Source: Candidatus Hydrogenedentota bacterium (GTDB taxonomy: Bacteria > Hydrogenedentota > Hydrogenedentia > Hydrogenedentales > SLHB01). Taken from it: a DNA stretch of 64,000 nt. The stretch is taken from positions 1 through 64,000 of the forward strand of contig BTWA01000008.1 in the NCBI GenBank assembly GCA_045863295.1. Direction: 5' to 3'. Below, in pieces: positions 19,529 through 30,115 of the stretch. Under the pieces are notes generated by a model. The model was not told where the DNA came from. It saw nothing but the letters and a program-made list of their open reading frames with translations, and made no database searches. Both the position numbers and the translations under genes were made by a program. Position 1 is the stretch's first letter, and each line of letters begins with the position of its first letter.

Positions 19529-21976
19529 ATGCGCGCGGGCATTGCCATTCTTGCATTCGCCATGGGTATACGCTGCGCGTGGGCTGAAGGTTGGGAACTC
19601 AAATCGCTTGCCGTGGGCAACGCGTCCGGCGAAACAAGCGTCCAATTGGAGTTCCCCAATCCAATACAACATGCGCCAATCGTGTTCGGCATTCCGCTGG
19701 AACGGGTAGCAACTCCCAGTGCCGTGCAACTTATCGACGAAGCAGGCAACGTCGTGCCGGCCGACATCACTGCCCTTGGGAACTGGCAAGCCCAACCGTC
19801 TCGTTGGGCATTGATATCAACTGTACTCGATGCCCCGGAAGCCGGCAATCGTCGCACACTGACGATTCGATGGGGCGCCATTGAAGCGAAGCCCACTGCT
19901 CCGGGCAACCCCATAACCATGGATAAGCAACAAGACCGCTGCAAAGTGTCTAACGGTCTCTATACGCTGCAGGCCGATTCCACCGGACGGGTCACAATTC
20001 TCCCGCTCACTTCGAACGATGCGTTAGTGCTGTCCACGGGTCTCTATATAAAAGACGCCGAAACCGCCATCGCGGGTTCCGCCCGAGTGTCAATGGTGCA
20101 CGACGGCAACCTGCGAAAACACATTCGACTCTCCGGCAAACTGACTGATTCCGTCGACATACACCGCGAGTTCGATTGCTACGCGGGTTCGCCCTGGATA
20201 CGGTGTACTGTCCGCTTCATTAACCGGAGCCTTGAGGATATTCCATTGAACGGCATCATGCCGCTTCGTGCCGATATCGATGCGGTGACTGCGTCTACCG
20301 TTGGGCTTGATGCCGGCCGCTCAAAAACCGCGGGCCGGTACTCATTGCGGCAAAACGCTTTTGAATGGTCCGCTGCATTTGACGGGCTGCACGAATTCGC
20401 CGAAGGAAATCAGGATAACCTGGGCGAGTGGACCCTTTTTGACACCGAATCAGGCGTAAAATGGTTGGTCGTATTTCCGCAATTTCAGGAAATGGCCGCC
20501 GGCGATTTGGATCTCGCGTCCGTCATTCAGTTCGATGGAATGACGTTAATGCAGCGTCATTACGCCCCTCTTGAACCCACCGCCGATGTACGCCTGCGCG
20601 AAGGCATGGCGAGAACCTTCACCTTTTGGATTGGCGTGAATCCGGCCGGCGACCCGGGTACGTGTGCCCGTGCAATAAAAACCCTGCCCCACGCCGTCTA
20701 TGACCGTGCACACATGATTCGAAGCGGGTGGTTGCCCGAACAATCGTTAAGCACACGCTATGATGACCCAACCCGGCGCGCGGCACGTTACTTTCTCGAA
20801 GCCAAGATCCCTCGCGCCGAGTTTGTACGAAGTTCTAGAGGTACGGAGAAAGGTCCCGACCCCTCGGGGGAAGGCATGCACGAAGTAAACCTGCATGCGG
20901 GCGGAATGGTCTACGGTGAGGTCTTTCAGTATTTCCAGAGTCAACCCTCCGAGGCGGATGTGAAGTTCTACCGCGAAGAACTCGGCATGGATCCGAGACA
21001 CATTGTCACGGGTGGAAGGTATTCTTACCGGAATGGCGACATTGTCCACGCCCTTGCCTTGCATGCAATTCGCTTTGGCGAGTCCGACATGTGGACGCTC
21101 TTTCGGGATCATGCACTACTCTTCGCGGATGTCTCCATCAGCCATGCCCGCGAAAGTGAAGGCCTCGGGCGCTACTATTGCGATTGGTACGTCAATCCCT
21201 ACGTGTATCAGCGGTTCGAAGGATTGCTGCTCGGTGCATTGCTCACTGGCGACACGTGGTGGTTTGAAACCGCAAAAGCGATGGCCGATTACGCAGTACG
21301 TTCGTGGAACGATGGGGCCCCTGTGGATGGACACGTCGACGGCGGCAAGGGAGGTGTCCAGTCGCGTTCGTCCTACATCGCCAAGATGCTTGTACGGATG
21401 TATGACGTTACTGGAGAGAGACAATACGCCGATACCGCCATCAACCTTGCCCAGTGGTCCATTCGCACGCAGGAAAACGAGGGTTGGTGGACCATGAATC
21501 CCACAAATCCCGAAAGCCGGGCTTTTCGAAACTCCCCCATCTTCTCGGGATACATCATCCAGGGATTGTGGGCCGTACTCGAAAGAACTGGCAACCCTGA
21601 ATTGCGCACCACCCTGTTGAAATGCATGGACTACCATTGGGATCGTATGCAACAACAGCCGGAAGCCATCCGCGGAGCATTACCCAATTCATATTGGTAT
21701 GGCGAGGACATCAAGGCCGGGGATCCAGTGGTTCCAAATTGGCCTGCCACGGCACAATTCGCAGATAGTTTTGTGCGTGCGTATCTCGTTACCGAAGACC
21801 GAAAATATCTGGATGCGGCTATGGCGGCGTGGGATGCCGTGCTGAAGGCGCAATCCCCCGAAGGCGGCCTCCCTCTGTCTCCTGGCGGCGTCAATTCCGT
21901 GTGGTCACTGCAGATAGTGGAAGCGCTGCCGCGTTTTGCGGCCGTTCGGGACGCCACGGAGAACGAGCCAAATTGA
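19529..21976 (+). CDS. Secreted (alpha/alpha)-barrel glycan-active protein, PcRGLX/YetA (exo-rhamnogalacturonan lyase)-like
   Basis: Signal peptide; N-terminal 'PIVFGIPL...LIDEAG..VPA....LGNW....RWALI' pattern; C-terminal helical repeats (LLTGD.WW, YDVTGE..Y, ERTGN, LVTEDRKY). Confidence 0.55.
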   Translation: MRAGIAILAFAMGIRCAWAEGWELKSLAVGNASGETSVQLEFPNPIQHAPIVFGIPLERVATPSAVQLIDEAGNVVPADITALGNWQAQPSRWALISTVLDAPEAGNRRTLTIRWGAIEAKPTAPGNPITMDKQQDRCKVSNGLYTLQADSTGRVTILPLTSNDALVLSTGLYIKDAETAIAGSARVSMVHDGNLRKHIRLSGKLTDSVDIHREFDCYAGSPWIRCTVRFINRSLEDIPLNGIMPLRADIDAVTASTVGLDAGRSKTAGRYSLRQNAFEWSAAFDGLHEFAEGNQDNLGEWTLFDTESGVKWLVVFPQFQEMAAGDLDLASVIQFDGMTLMQRHYAPLEPTADVRLREGMARTFTFWIGVNPAGDPGTCARAIKTLPHAVYDRAHMIRSGWLPEQSLSTRYDDPTRRAARYFLEAKIPRAEFVRSSRGTEKGPDPSGEGMHEVNLHAGGMVYGEVFQYFQSQPSEADVKFYREELGMDPRHIVTGGRYSYRNGDIVHALALHAIRFGESDMWTLFRDHALLFADVSISHARESEGLGRYYCDWYVNPYVYQRFEGLLLGALLTGDTWWFETAKAMADYAVRSWNDGAPVDGHVDGGKGGVQSRSSYIAKMLVRMYDVTGERQYADTAINLAQWSIRTQENEGWWTMNPTNPESRAFRNSPIFSGYIIQGLWAVLERTGNPELRTTLLKCMDYHWDRMQQQPEAIRGALPNSYWYGEDIKAGDPVVPNWPATAQFADSFVRAYLVTEDRKYLDAAMAAWDAVLKAQSPEGGLPLSPGGVNSVWSLQIVEALPRFAAVRDATENEPN

Positions 21977-22039
21977 CCCTGTCTTTGCACCCGGCGGCAC
22001 GTGATTGGTATCATTCGATTCCACGGAGAAGAACGGTTC

Positions 22040-22960
22040 ATGTCCGAAGATAAACCAGAACAAAACGAGATTGTCGATTCGACGGTCGTCCTGAATATCA
22101 GTGACTTGCCGCTCTCCATCCGTCGCGGTACCGCCAGCTTGATCATCCTGACCGGTTGGGAAATAGGCCGGAAGATGGAGCTCAGCCTCAAGGAACAAGT
22201 GATTGGACGGGCACTGCAGTCCACAATTTGCATTCCCGTTCCCTCCGTTTCGCGCAGTCATGCCATGATTGTCCGCTCGGAAATGGAAGAAGGACCCTTG
22301 TTTGAAGTGGTAGATATGCAGAGCAGCAACGGTGTTCTGGTGAATAACGAGCGCGTTGCACGGCAAAGACTGCAGGACGGCGACAAGATCAAGCTGGGCA
22401 ATGTCGTATTGAAATTTGTCGTGGAAGACGACATTGACGAGGCCTTTCACAAGGAAATCCACCGTAGGATTCATTACGATGATCTGACCGGGCTTCTCAC
22501 CTTGGGTTCGCTGAAGCAGCAATTGCAGCGGAAGTTTGAGCAGGGTGACACCTTCAAACCCCTTACTGTGGCCATGACGGACCTGGACGGACTGAAACGG
22601 GTCAATGACACGTACGGTCACCTCGCCGGTGCCATGATAGTGCGGGAAATGGGTGCCATGATTCGCAAGATTCTCCGGCCTCAAGATTTCGGCGGGTTGT
22701 ACGGCGGTGACGAGACCATTCTCTTCTATCCCAATACATCCATTGAAGAGGCGGCCCAAATCGCCGAAACCATCCGGCAGACTATTGCCGCGCGCGTGTT
22801 TAAACACGGCGAAAACGAATTCAAAGTCTCCATCAGCCAGGGCCTTTCGGAATGGCCCTTGCACGGACAAACCATGGACCAGATTATTGCCGCGGCTGAT
22901 GGCGCGTTGTATGCGGCTAAGGCCGCCGGGCGAAACTGCATCCGGTTCGCTGAAGGATGA
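22040..22960 (+). CDS. FHA-domain + GGDEF-domain protein (non-canonical GGDET)
   Basis: FHA motifs IGR, VSRSHA, SSNG; GGDEF motifs DDLTGL, DLDGLKRVNDTYGH, YGGDET, ADGALYAAKAAGRN. Confidence 0.92.
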   Translation: MSEDKPEQNEIVDSTVVLNISDLPLSIRRGTASLIILTGWEIGRKMELSLKEQVIGRALQSTICIPVPSVSRSHAMIVRSEMEEGPLFEVVDMQSSNGVLVNNERVARQRLQDGDKIKLGNVVLKFVVEDDIDEAFHKEIHRRIHYDDLTGLLTLGSLKQQLQRKFEQGDTFKPLTVAMTDLDGLKRVNDTYGHLAGAMIVREMGAMIRKILRPQDFGGLYGGDETILFYPNTSIEEAAQIAETIRQTIAARVFKHGENEFKVSISQGLSEWPLHGQTMDQIIAAADGALYAAKAAGRNCIRFAEG

Positions 22961-23011
22961 AAACGCCTGCCCGTTTTGCCTAAAGACGGGCACGCGGGGA
23001 GGGGGCGATGT

Positions 23012-24241
23012 ATGCGTGGGGTCAGTGGTTTTTTGTGTCTGCTTTTTGGTGCGGGCCTTGCCGCAATGGCCGCTCCAATTAATCTGTCGGTCTTGCCAGC
23101 CGAACACAAACATGAAGTCGACCCCGTGACCGGGGCCGAACTGACATATCTCACAACAAATCCTGCCAGAGACGTCAACCTGTACTTCCACGAACGCTCG
23201 TGGCTCGCAGACGGTTCCATGATCCTGTTCGTCTCCCAGCGTGAGCATGGCGGCCTGATGGGTTACCTCACAGCCACAGGCGAGTTGGTCGCCCTGCAAA
23301 ATGCCAACGGCGCCCTGGGCGGAGCGACAGCTGCTAACGTCGGCCCCCGGTTCTACGCGCAGCAGGGAAACGACATACTGGAAATTACGCTGAGCATTCA
23401 GATTTCGCCGAATGCACCGCCGGAAGCGTCAAGAGTGACGGCCATCGATCGCACAATAGCTACGCTGCCTCCCGGCTCGGGACATTGCTCCCTAAACGAA
23501 AACGCAACAGGTGAGTGGATAAGCGTTGGGATGACAACTCCGGGAGATGGCGGACTGCCTGCCATCTATATAATCAACATCGCTTCGGGAATCGTGCGCG
23601 AGTTGTGCCGTGTCCCCAAGTCGCCCGGCTACCAGCATCATGTGCAATGGAGCCGGACCAATCCCTACCTGCTGAGCTTCGCAGGCGATAATCAACGGCT
23701 GCAGGTCGTCGATATTCGCGATGGAATTATTCACAACGTGTACAAGGCGATTGAAAACGAACTCGTCACACACGAATCCTGGTGGGTGGATGACCAGATA
23801 ATTTTTTGCGGTGGGGTGAATCCAAAGCCAACGGAAGATTCCCACGTGAAAGTGTTGAATATTTACAACGGTCAAGTACGGATCGCGGGAGCGGGTGCGT
23901 GGTGGCCGGCCGCCACTCCAGAAACCATTACGCGGCTGAACTGGTGGCATGCGGCCGGCAGCGCCGACGGCCGTTGGATTATCGCCGACAATTGGCACGG
24001 CGATCTTATGCTATTCGAAGGCCAAACCACACGACCGAAATTGTTGACAAAAGATCATCGAACCTACGGAAAAGGCGACCACCCGCACGTCGGCTGGGAC
24101 CGCACCGGAAGACAAGCCGTGTTCACTTCTCATCGCCTGGGAAATCCCGATGTGTGCGTGGCGACGATCCCCGAACAGTGGCAGGCCGACAACTCAACCC
24201 CCACGGTTACGTCGGCCTACGACGCCCAAATCCGCAAATAG
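23012..24241 (+). CDS. Oligogalacturonate lyase family (PL22-like) beta-propeller, secreted
   Basis: DPVTGAELTYLT, LYFHERSW..DGS, HVQWS, THESW, WHAAGS.DG, HPHVGW. Confidence 0.7.
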   Translation: MRGVSGFLCLLFGAGLAAMAAPINLSVLPAEHKHEVDPVTGAELTYLTTNPARDVNLYFHERSWLADGSMILFVSQREHGGLMGYLTATGELVALQNANGALGGATAANVGPRFYAQQGNDILEITLSIQISPNAPPEASRVTAIDRTIATLPPGSGHCSLNENATGEWISVGMTTPGDGGLPAIYIINIASGIVRELCRVPKSPGYQHHVQWSRTNPYLLSFAGDNQRLQVVDIRDGIIHNVYKAIENELVTHESWWVDDQIIFCGGVNPKPTEDSHVKVLNIYNGQVRIAGAGAWWPAATPETITRLNWWHAAGSADGRWIIADNWHGDLMLFEGQTTRPKLLTKDHRTYGKGDHPHVGWDRTGRQAVFTSHRLGNPDVCVATIPEQWQADNSTPTVTSAYDAQIRK

Positions 24242-24579
24242 CTCCAGGATGGGCGGGTAAATCGCACGGGCGTGAAATAGGGATCCGGCCCCATGTGGTA
24301 TAGTTGGGGCTGTGCTCTTCATTTCAACAGGATGACTCGTTACGGTAAGTGTGGGTGCGTTGCAAGGGCCGGACCTTCAGGAATCTAAGGGGTTTCCATT
24401 TCGAGTTCTGACGGTCTTACCGTATGGACGAGGACAGGTTGGTCCATTGCGCGACAACAGGTTGCGCCTATTCAAGGTGAATCCCCATCGCCTCTATTCA
24501 AGTCTACTATCTGGAGACGGCGGGACGCATTTCGCCCGTGTATTCGATGGCAGTCGATGGGGTGTGTTAGGAGGTATTC

Positions 24580-27500
24580 GTGTCGATTAGTCGCTCCAAA
24601 GAAGACGTGTATTCCAAGAGCAAGCTCAGTATCGTCCAATGTGCGCTTTGGCTTACCCAAAAACTCCAGCCGGACACGCCTCAATACAACTCCCCCGTAT
24701 GTCTGTGGGTTCATGGCCCATTGGATCTGGAACGATTTCGCCAGGCATTTCAGGCGTACATTGATCGCACGGACGCCATGCGAATGATTGTCATTGAGGA
24801 AGACGGCATACCTCAGCCCAAGGTGCTCGATTCGGTCCAATATACAGTGCCCGTCAACGACTTTAGCGCTGCGGAGAACCCCCGTATGGCCGCCCGGGAA
24901 TGGGCCGTCCAAAGGGCCTTGCGCTGCTTTGACTTGGAACAACCACTATTTGATGTCGCGCTCTCCCACTTGGGCGGGGATGACTGGTGCTTTTACATCA
25001 ACCAGCACCATCTCATCATGGACGGATGGTCGTTCCCCCTGATGACACTTCGCTTGAAGGACCTCTACGAGGCCATAGGCGAAGGCACGCTCGATCAGGT
25101 CGAACCGTATCCCTCGTTTCTTGAATATCTGGAGCGGAAATTCTCGGAGCGCCAGGGCTACGACGCGGACAAGGCGGCCGAATTGCTCAAGGAAAAACTG
25201 GGAGATCGCAAGGAACCCTTGCGCCTGTATGGCGTAAGCACCCTGGAAACCAACAATCGCACGCATCGCGAGCGCATGATTTATGAAGTGGACGATACGG
25301 ACCGGCTGGCTGAATTGTGCGAAATGCCGGAATTCAAAACCAAGAGCAAACATGCCTCGCAATTTAACATATTTGCGACCGCCTATGCGGCATGCCTGCA
25401 ACGGGTGTCCAATGCGCACCGCTTGTCGATCGGCACAATGCATCACAACCGGTTCTCGTTTGACCTTCAAGCCATTCACGGCGTATTCGTGAGCGCCATG
25501 CCCATGAAATTCGATGTGAGGCACGATGACACGTTTGCAACCCTGCACGAACGGCTGCGAACCGAAGCCATCGCTTCACGCGACCGGTCCCGGGAACTAT
25601 TGGAAGCCGGGGTCTTGGATTCGTCTTTTGACGTCATGATCAACTATCAGGTCATTACCGATCCCCCCTTCCCTGTACCCATTGAACCGGGAGACTGGAT
25701 CTTCACGGGCTACGGCAGAGAAGCGGCGACGGTACAGGTCTTGTACAGCATCACCTGGCGAAAATTTGTCCTCTATTTCGAATTGAGCGATGGCGTCTTC
25801 GACGAAAGCGCGCGCAAAAGGTTTCCGCAACATTTCACCGCAATGTTGCGGGCCATGCTGAAGAATCCGCACCAGATGATCAGCGAAGTCGAAATAGTGA
25901 CCGAAGAGGAAAAAGAATTCCTTCTGAAAACGGTGAACAAAACCGCCACTCCATTCGAAGAAGCGACAACGGCAACGGCGGTAATCGAAGCGCGTGCCAA
26001 GTTAGTCCCGGATTCCGTCGCAATGTATTTCAACGGGTCGGCCATTACGTATCGCGAAATGGACGAACGTTCGAATCAAATTGCCTGCACCCTGATTGAA
26101 GACGGTGTACAGCCCGAATCAATCGTTGGCATTTGCCTCGACCGATCCCCGGAAATGATTACGGCCATGTTGGCGGTAATGAAGGCCGGTGCCGCGTATC
26201 TGCCGCTGGATCCGGCGTATCCCGAGGATCGTCTATCGTTCATGTTGACCGACTCGGGTTCCCCTTATCTGATTACCTGCGCCGCCCTCGAGAACCACGT
26301 GCCGCACGCGTGTCAAAAAGTATTATGCGTTGACACCGATCGGTCGCGAATTGATTCCATGTCCACTACGGCATTGCCCGCGCTTGCCGGCCCCGACTCG
26401 GCCGCCTATGTTATCTACACGTCCGGTTCAACCGGAAAACCCAAGGGCGCCGTGCTGGAACACCGGGGACTCTGCAACCAGTTTGTCGCGCACGCGCTGC
26501 CCGTGGGAATAACGGCCCGCACACGCCTCTTGCAGTTCGCTTCCATTTGCTTCGATGCGTCCGTCGTAGAGATCTTTGTTACGCTCGCGGCAGGTGCGCG
26601 CTTGTATCTCGCCCCCAGAAGTGTGCTCGAATCACCGTCGCAGCTGACCTCCTTTATACGCGAGCACGCGATAGATACGGTTACGCTGGCCCCAACGATG
26701 CTCAACATGCTCGAACCCGAAGCCTTGCCCGGATTGACCACCATTATAAGCGCCGGCGAGCGCCTGCCCGCTACCGTGGCCAACCGGTGGTCGCCCGGCC
26801 GCCGCCTACTGAACGGCTACGGGCCGACCGAAAACACGGTTTGCACCACCATGCACCAGTGCGAGGGCGTATACACACAATCGCCACCTATTGGACGCCC
26901 TGTGCCCAACAACGAGGTCTATGTCCTGAACGAGGCGCGGCGGCTGTCGCCGCTGGGAACGCCGGGCGAACTGTTTGTTACCGGCCCGGGCTTGGCACGC
27001 GGGTACCTGAATCGGGACGACCTCACACGGGCCAAATTCCACGCCAACGAATACAGCGGCGCAGGCCGAGGCCGTATGTACCAAACAGGCGATCTCGTGC
27101 GGATGCATGCGGACGGAAACCTGGAATTTCTCAGCCGCGTGGATGATCAGGTCAAGGTACACGGATACCGAATCGAATTGGGTGAAGTGGAAAACGCCAT
27201 GGAAAGCCATGAGGACGTGATGGCCGCAGCGGCAATGGTCCACGAAATAGATGGCAATGCGAGGCTTATCGGCTACGTCCATGTGCACGAGGGCTCCCAA
27301 ACTACCCCAAGCGAATTGCGCAAGTTTTTGTTGGACAGGTTGCCGCCGTTTATGGCGCCTAGCGCAATCATGGTGGTCGACTCCTTTCCACTATTGCCCA
27401 ATGGCAAAGTGGACCGTGCTCAATTGCCGCCCCCGGAACACGGCCATACGGAAGTAGACGCCGTATTCAAAGCGCCGCGCACCGCGTGTGAGGCGCAATT

Positions 27501-29979
27501 GGCCCGAATCTGGGAAAGTGTGTTCGACCATGCGCCGATCGGCGTGCTCGACAATTTCTATGACCTTGGCGGCGATTCGCTGACAGCTATTCAAATTATC
27601 GAGAGAGCGCGTACAGAGGGTCTGAACCTCAGCCCATACGACCTTTTTCAGCACCCCACCATCGAATTGCTCGCCGAGTTTGTACAGCCCTTTGAAACAT
27701 CAAGCGGCGACTCGATGGAAGACCTGCCATTGATACCGGCCCAGTTGCGAGGGATGGAACAAGACACGCACAGGGAAGCCCAATGCCTGCACGTGCGCCT
27801 GCATCCCTCGACAAGCGTGGAGAAGACCGACGCCGCGCTCAAGGCAATTATTCGCCGTCACGAAGCGTTGCGGTTTCAACGGGTCCGTGAAAACGGATCC
27901 TGGAAACAACGCGAGGATCACGTCAATTCCGATGGACTGATTGAATGGCTGCACGTCTCCGATATGTCGGAAAGCGCCGTTTCCGAACGCATTAACGCCG
28001 TGCTTGCCAGTATGATCGCACCCAGCGGCCCGGCCTTTTATGCACTGGGCATCCAAACAAAAGGAGAAATTCAACTTCGGTTGTTTGGACACGGAGCGAT
28101 GATGGATAGACGCTCGTGGCAACTCATCGAAGCGGATCTCCATGCGGAACTGACCGGTCAAGTCGACCTCCATGAAGTGCAAGGCCGTTCGCAAGGAATC
28201 TACGCGAAGTGGTTGCGCAGAATACACGCTTCGACGGCAAGGCCGGATCTGCAGACGGAAACCGCGTATTGGCACGATCTGCTGATGAAACCGGCAACCG
28301 CGTTGCCACGGGATGCTGAACCGGTTGTGTCCGCTACGGAATCAATCGTTGGCACGGCCGACGTCAGCGCGCTGGCGCCGGGACCAGCCCAAAATGAACT
28401 GATGGAAACCGTCTTCATCGCGGCAGTGGCAAAAGCGGTGGAGGAATGGACAGGCGCAAACTCGCTCCTCTTCGACGTCTTCCGCGATGCCCGAAACGCA
28501 TTTGCGGACCAATCCCTGACGCGTACTGTCGGCCAATTGACATTCAATCATCCATTGCGAATCGATCCACCCAAAAATGTGGGCGTCCTGAAATACGTGT
28601 AGGCCATCCGTGCATCCATCGATCATGTGCCCAATCGCGGCCTCAACTACGGCACGTTGCGTTACGTGACGCGCAACAACGGGTTTTCGTCCGATAGCAC
28701 GGCCTACGCGGTTCCCGAAATCCGCGTCGCATTCCAAGGCACGGAGTTTCCCGTTTCCGGCACCCCGCCGTTCGCTACGCGCTTGGAAGAACTGAAATTA
28801 TGCGAAGAAGCCGCGCCTCGTACACATCTGATTGACGTTACTGGAGTCGTACGCGACGGCAAATTGCGGTTTTTTTGGACTTCTCCAAACGGAACCCACA
28901 CCACGGAAACATTGCAGCGCGTCGCCGAATCGGCCGCGCGTTTTGCTGAAGCGATCGCTTCCGAGCGGGAAATGGCACGCGATCACCAGTTCGTCCGGGA
29001 GTCCGGTTTCCTTGAATCCAATGACCGGATCAGCACGGTCATTCCGTTGAGGGCGACCGGATCGCGCACGCCGTTCTTTTGCGTGGCCCCCGCCGGAGGG
29101 CTCGTTTTTCCCTATTTCAGCATGTTGTCATACATCGACGCGGACCAGCCGTTTTACGGCCTGCAGGATCCGTCCCTGAACTCCGGCGCACGGCCATTCA
29201 CCACGATTGAGGAATTGGCGGATTTTCATGTGGGTACGATCGAGCGTATGCAGCCCAATGGCCCGTATCTGCTGGGAGGATGGTCATTCGGAGGGTACGT
29301 CGCTCTGGAAATAGCCCGCCGCCTCGCGGCAAAGGGGGAAACCGTGGCGTTTCTCGCTATTATCGATCAGATTGTGCCCGGAAATATCGCCTGGCCGTCC
29401 GGAATACGGGAATGGGCCAATCGAATAGGTACGTTTGCCAAACTCGGTCTGCGAACCTACGCGCTGATTACCCCATACTGTTTTGAAGCGCTGTACCTGA
29501 AATTGTCGGCGATTCTGTGGCGAAAGAAGCACGAAGGCGAAGAATTCAGCATGCGCGACTACATGACGTGGGCCTGGCACGACGCGCTTCGCCAATCGCT
29601 GTTCTGGACCTCCGAGGTAAAGGGAATCCTGGGAGAACATTCCAAACTGGAAATGTGGCAGCAGCCCACAGTCCGACGGGCGCTACTGAATTTCAATTTG
29701 AACATCTTGGCCATCCGAAAATTTAAACCCGCCCCCTACTCCGGCCACATCGATGTGTTTCGGACCGAGGACTTCCTGGCCGATGTCCGGCTACATGATC
29801 CCGAGTCGTTCGGCTGGAACGGGCTCGCGGAAAAAGGGGCGACGGTCACCCGGGTTCCGGGAAACCACGTCGAATTGATGCGGAAACCCTATGTCGAGGC
29901 CATCGGCCGCGCATTGAACGACCGGCTGGCGCGGGTCCACATGGAACTCACCGAGAGCCAAGTCCCGGTCACCCGGTAG
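24580..29979 (+). pseudogene. Single-module NRPS C-A-T-(E-like)-TE interrupted by one in-frame TAG at 28600-28602
   Basis: C: HHLIMDG; A: YTSGSTGKPKG, YGPTE, YQTGD, LPNGKVDR; T: LGGDSL; the E-like domain continues across the stop (LKYV*AIRASIDHVPNRGLNYGTLRY); TE: GWSFGG...GNH. ORFs 24580..28602 and 28627..29979 share one frame. Confidence 0.85.
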
Positions 29980-30115
29980 TTTGGGCCGATTTCTCGACTC
30001 CCGGAACCGTGGCCGGTTGTTGCGATTCCTCGCGCCGTATTGGTACTATCTGAGGTCCACGGTGGGAAACGTTTGCCGCATGGGCTCAGGCAGCCCTGCG
30101 CTTGGAGAAACGCGG

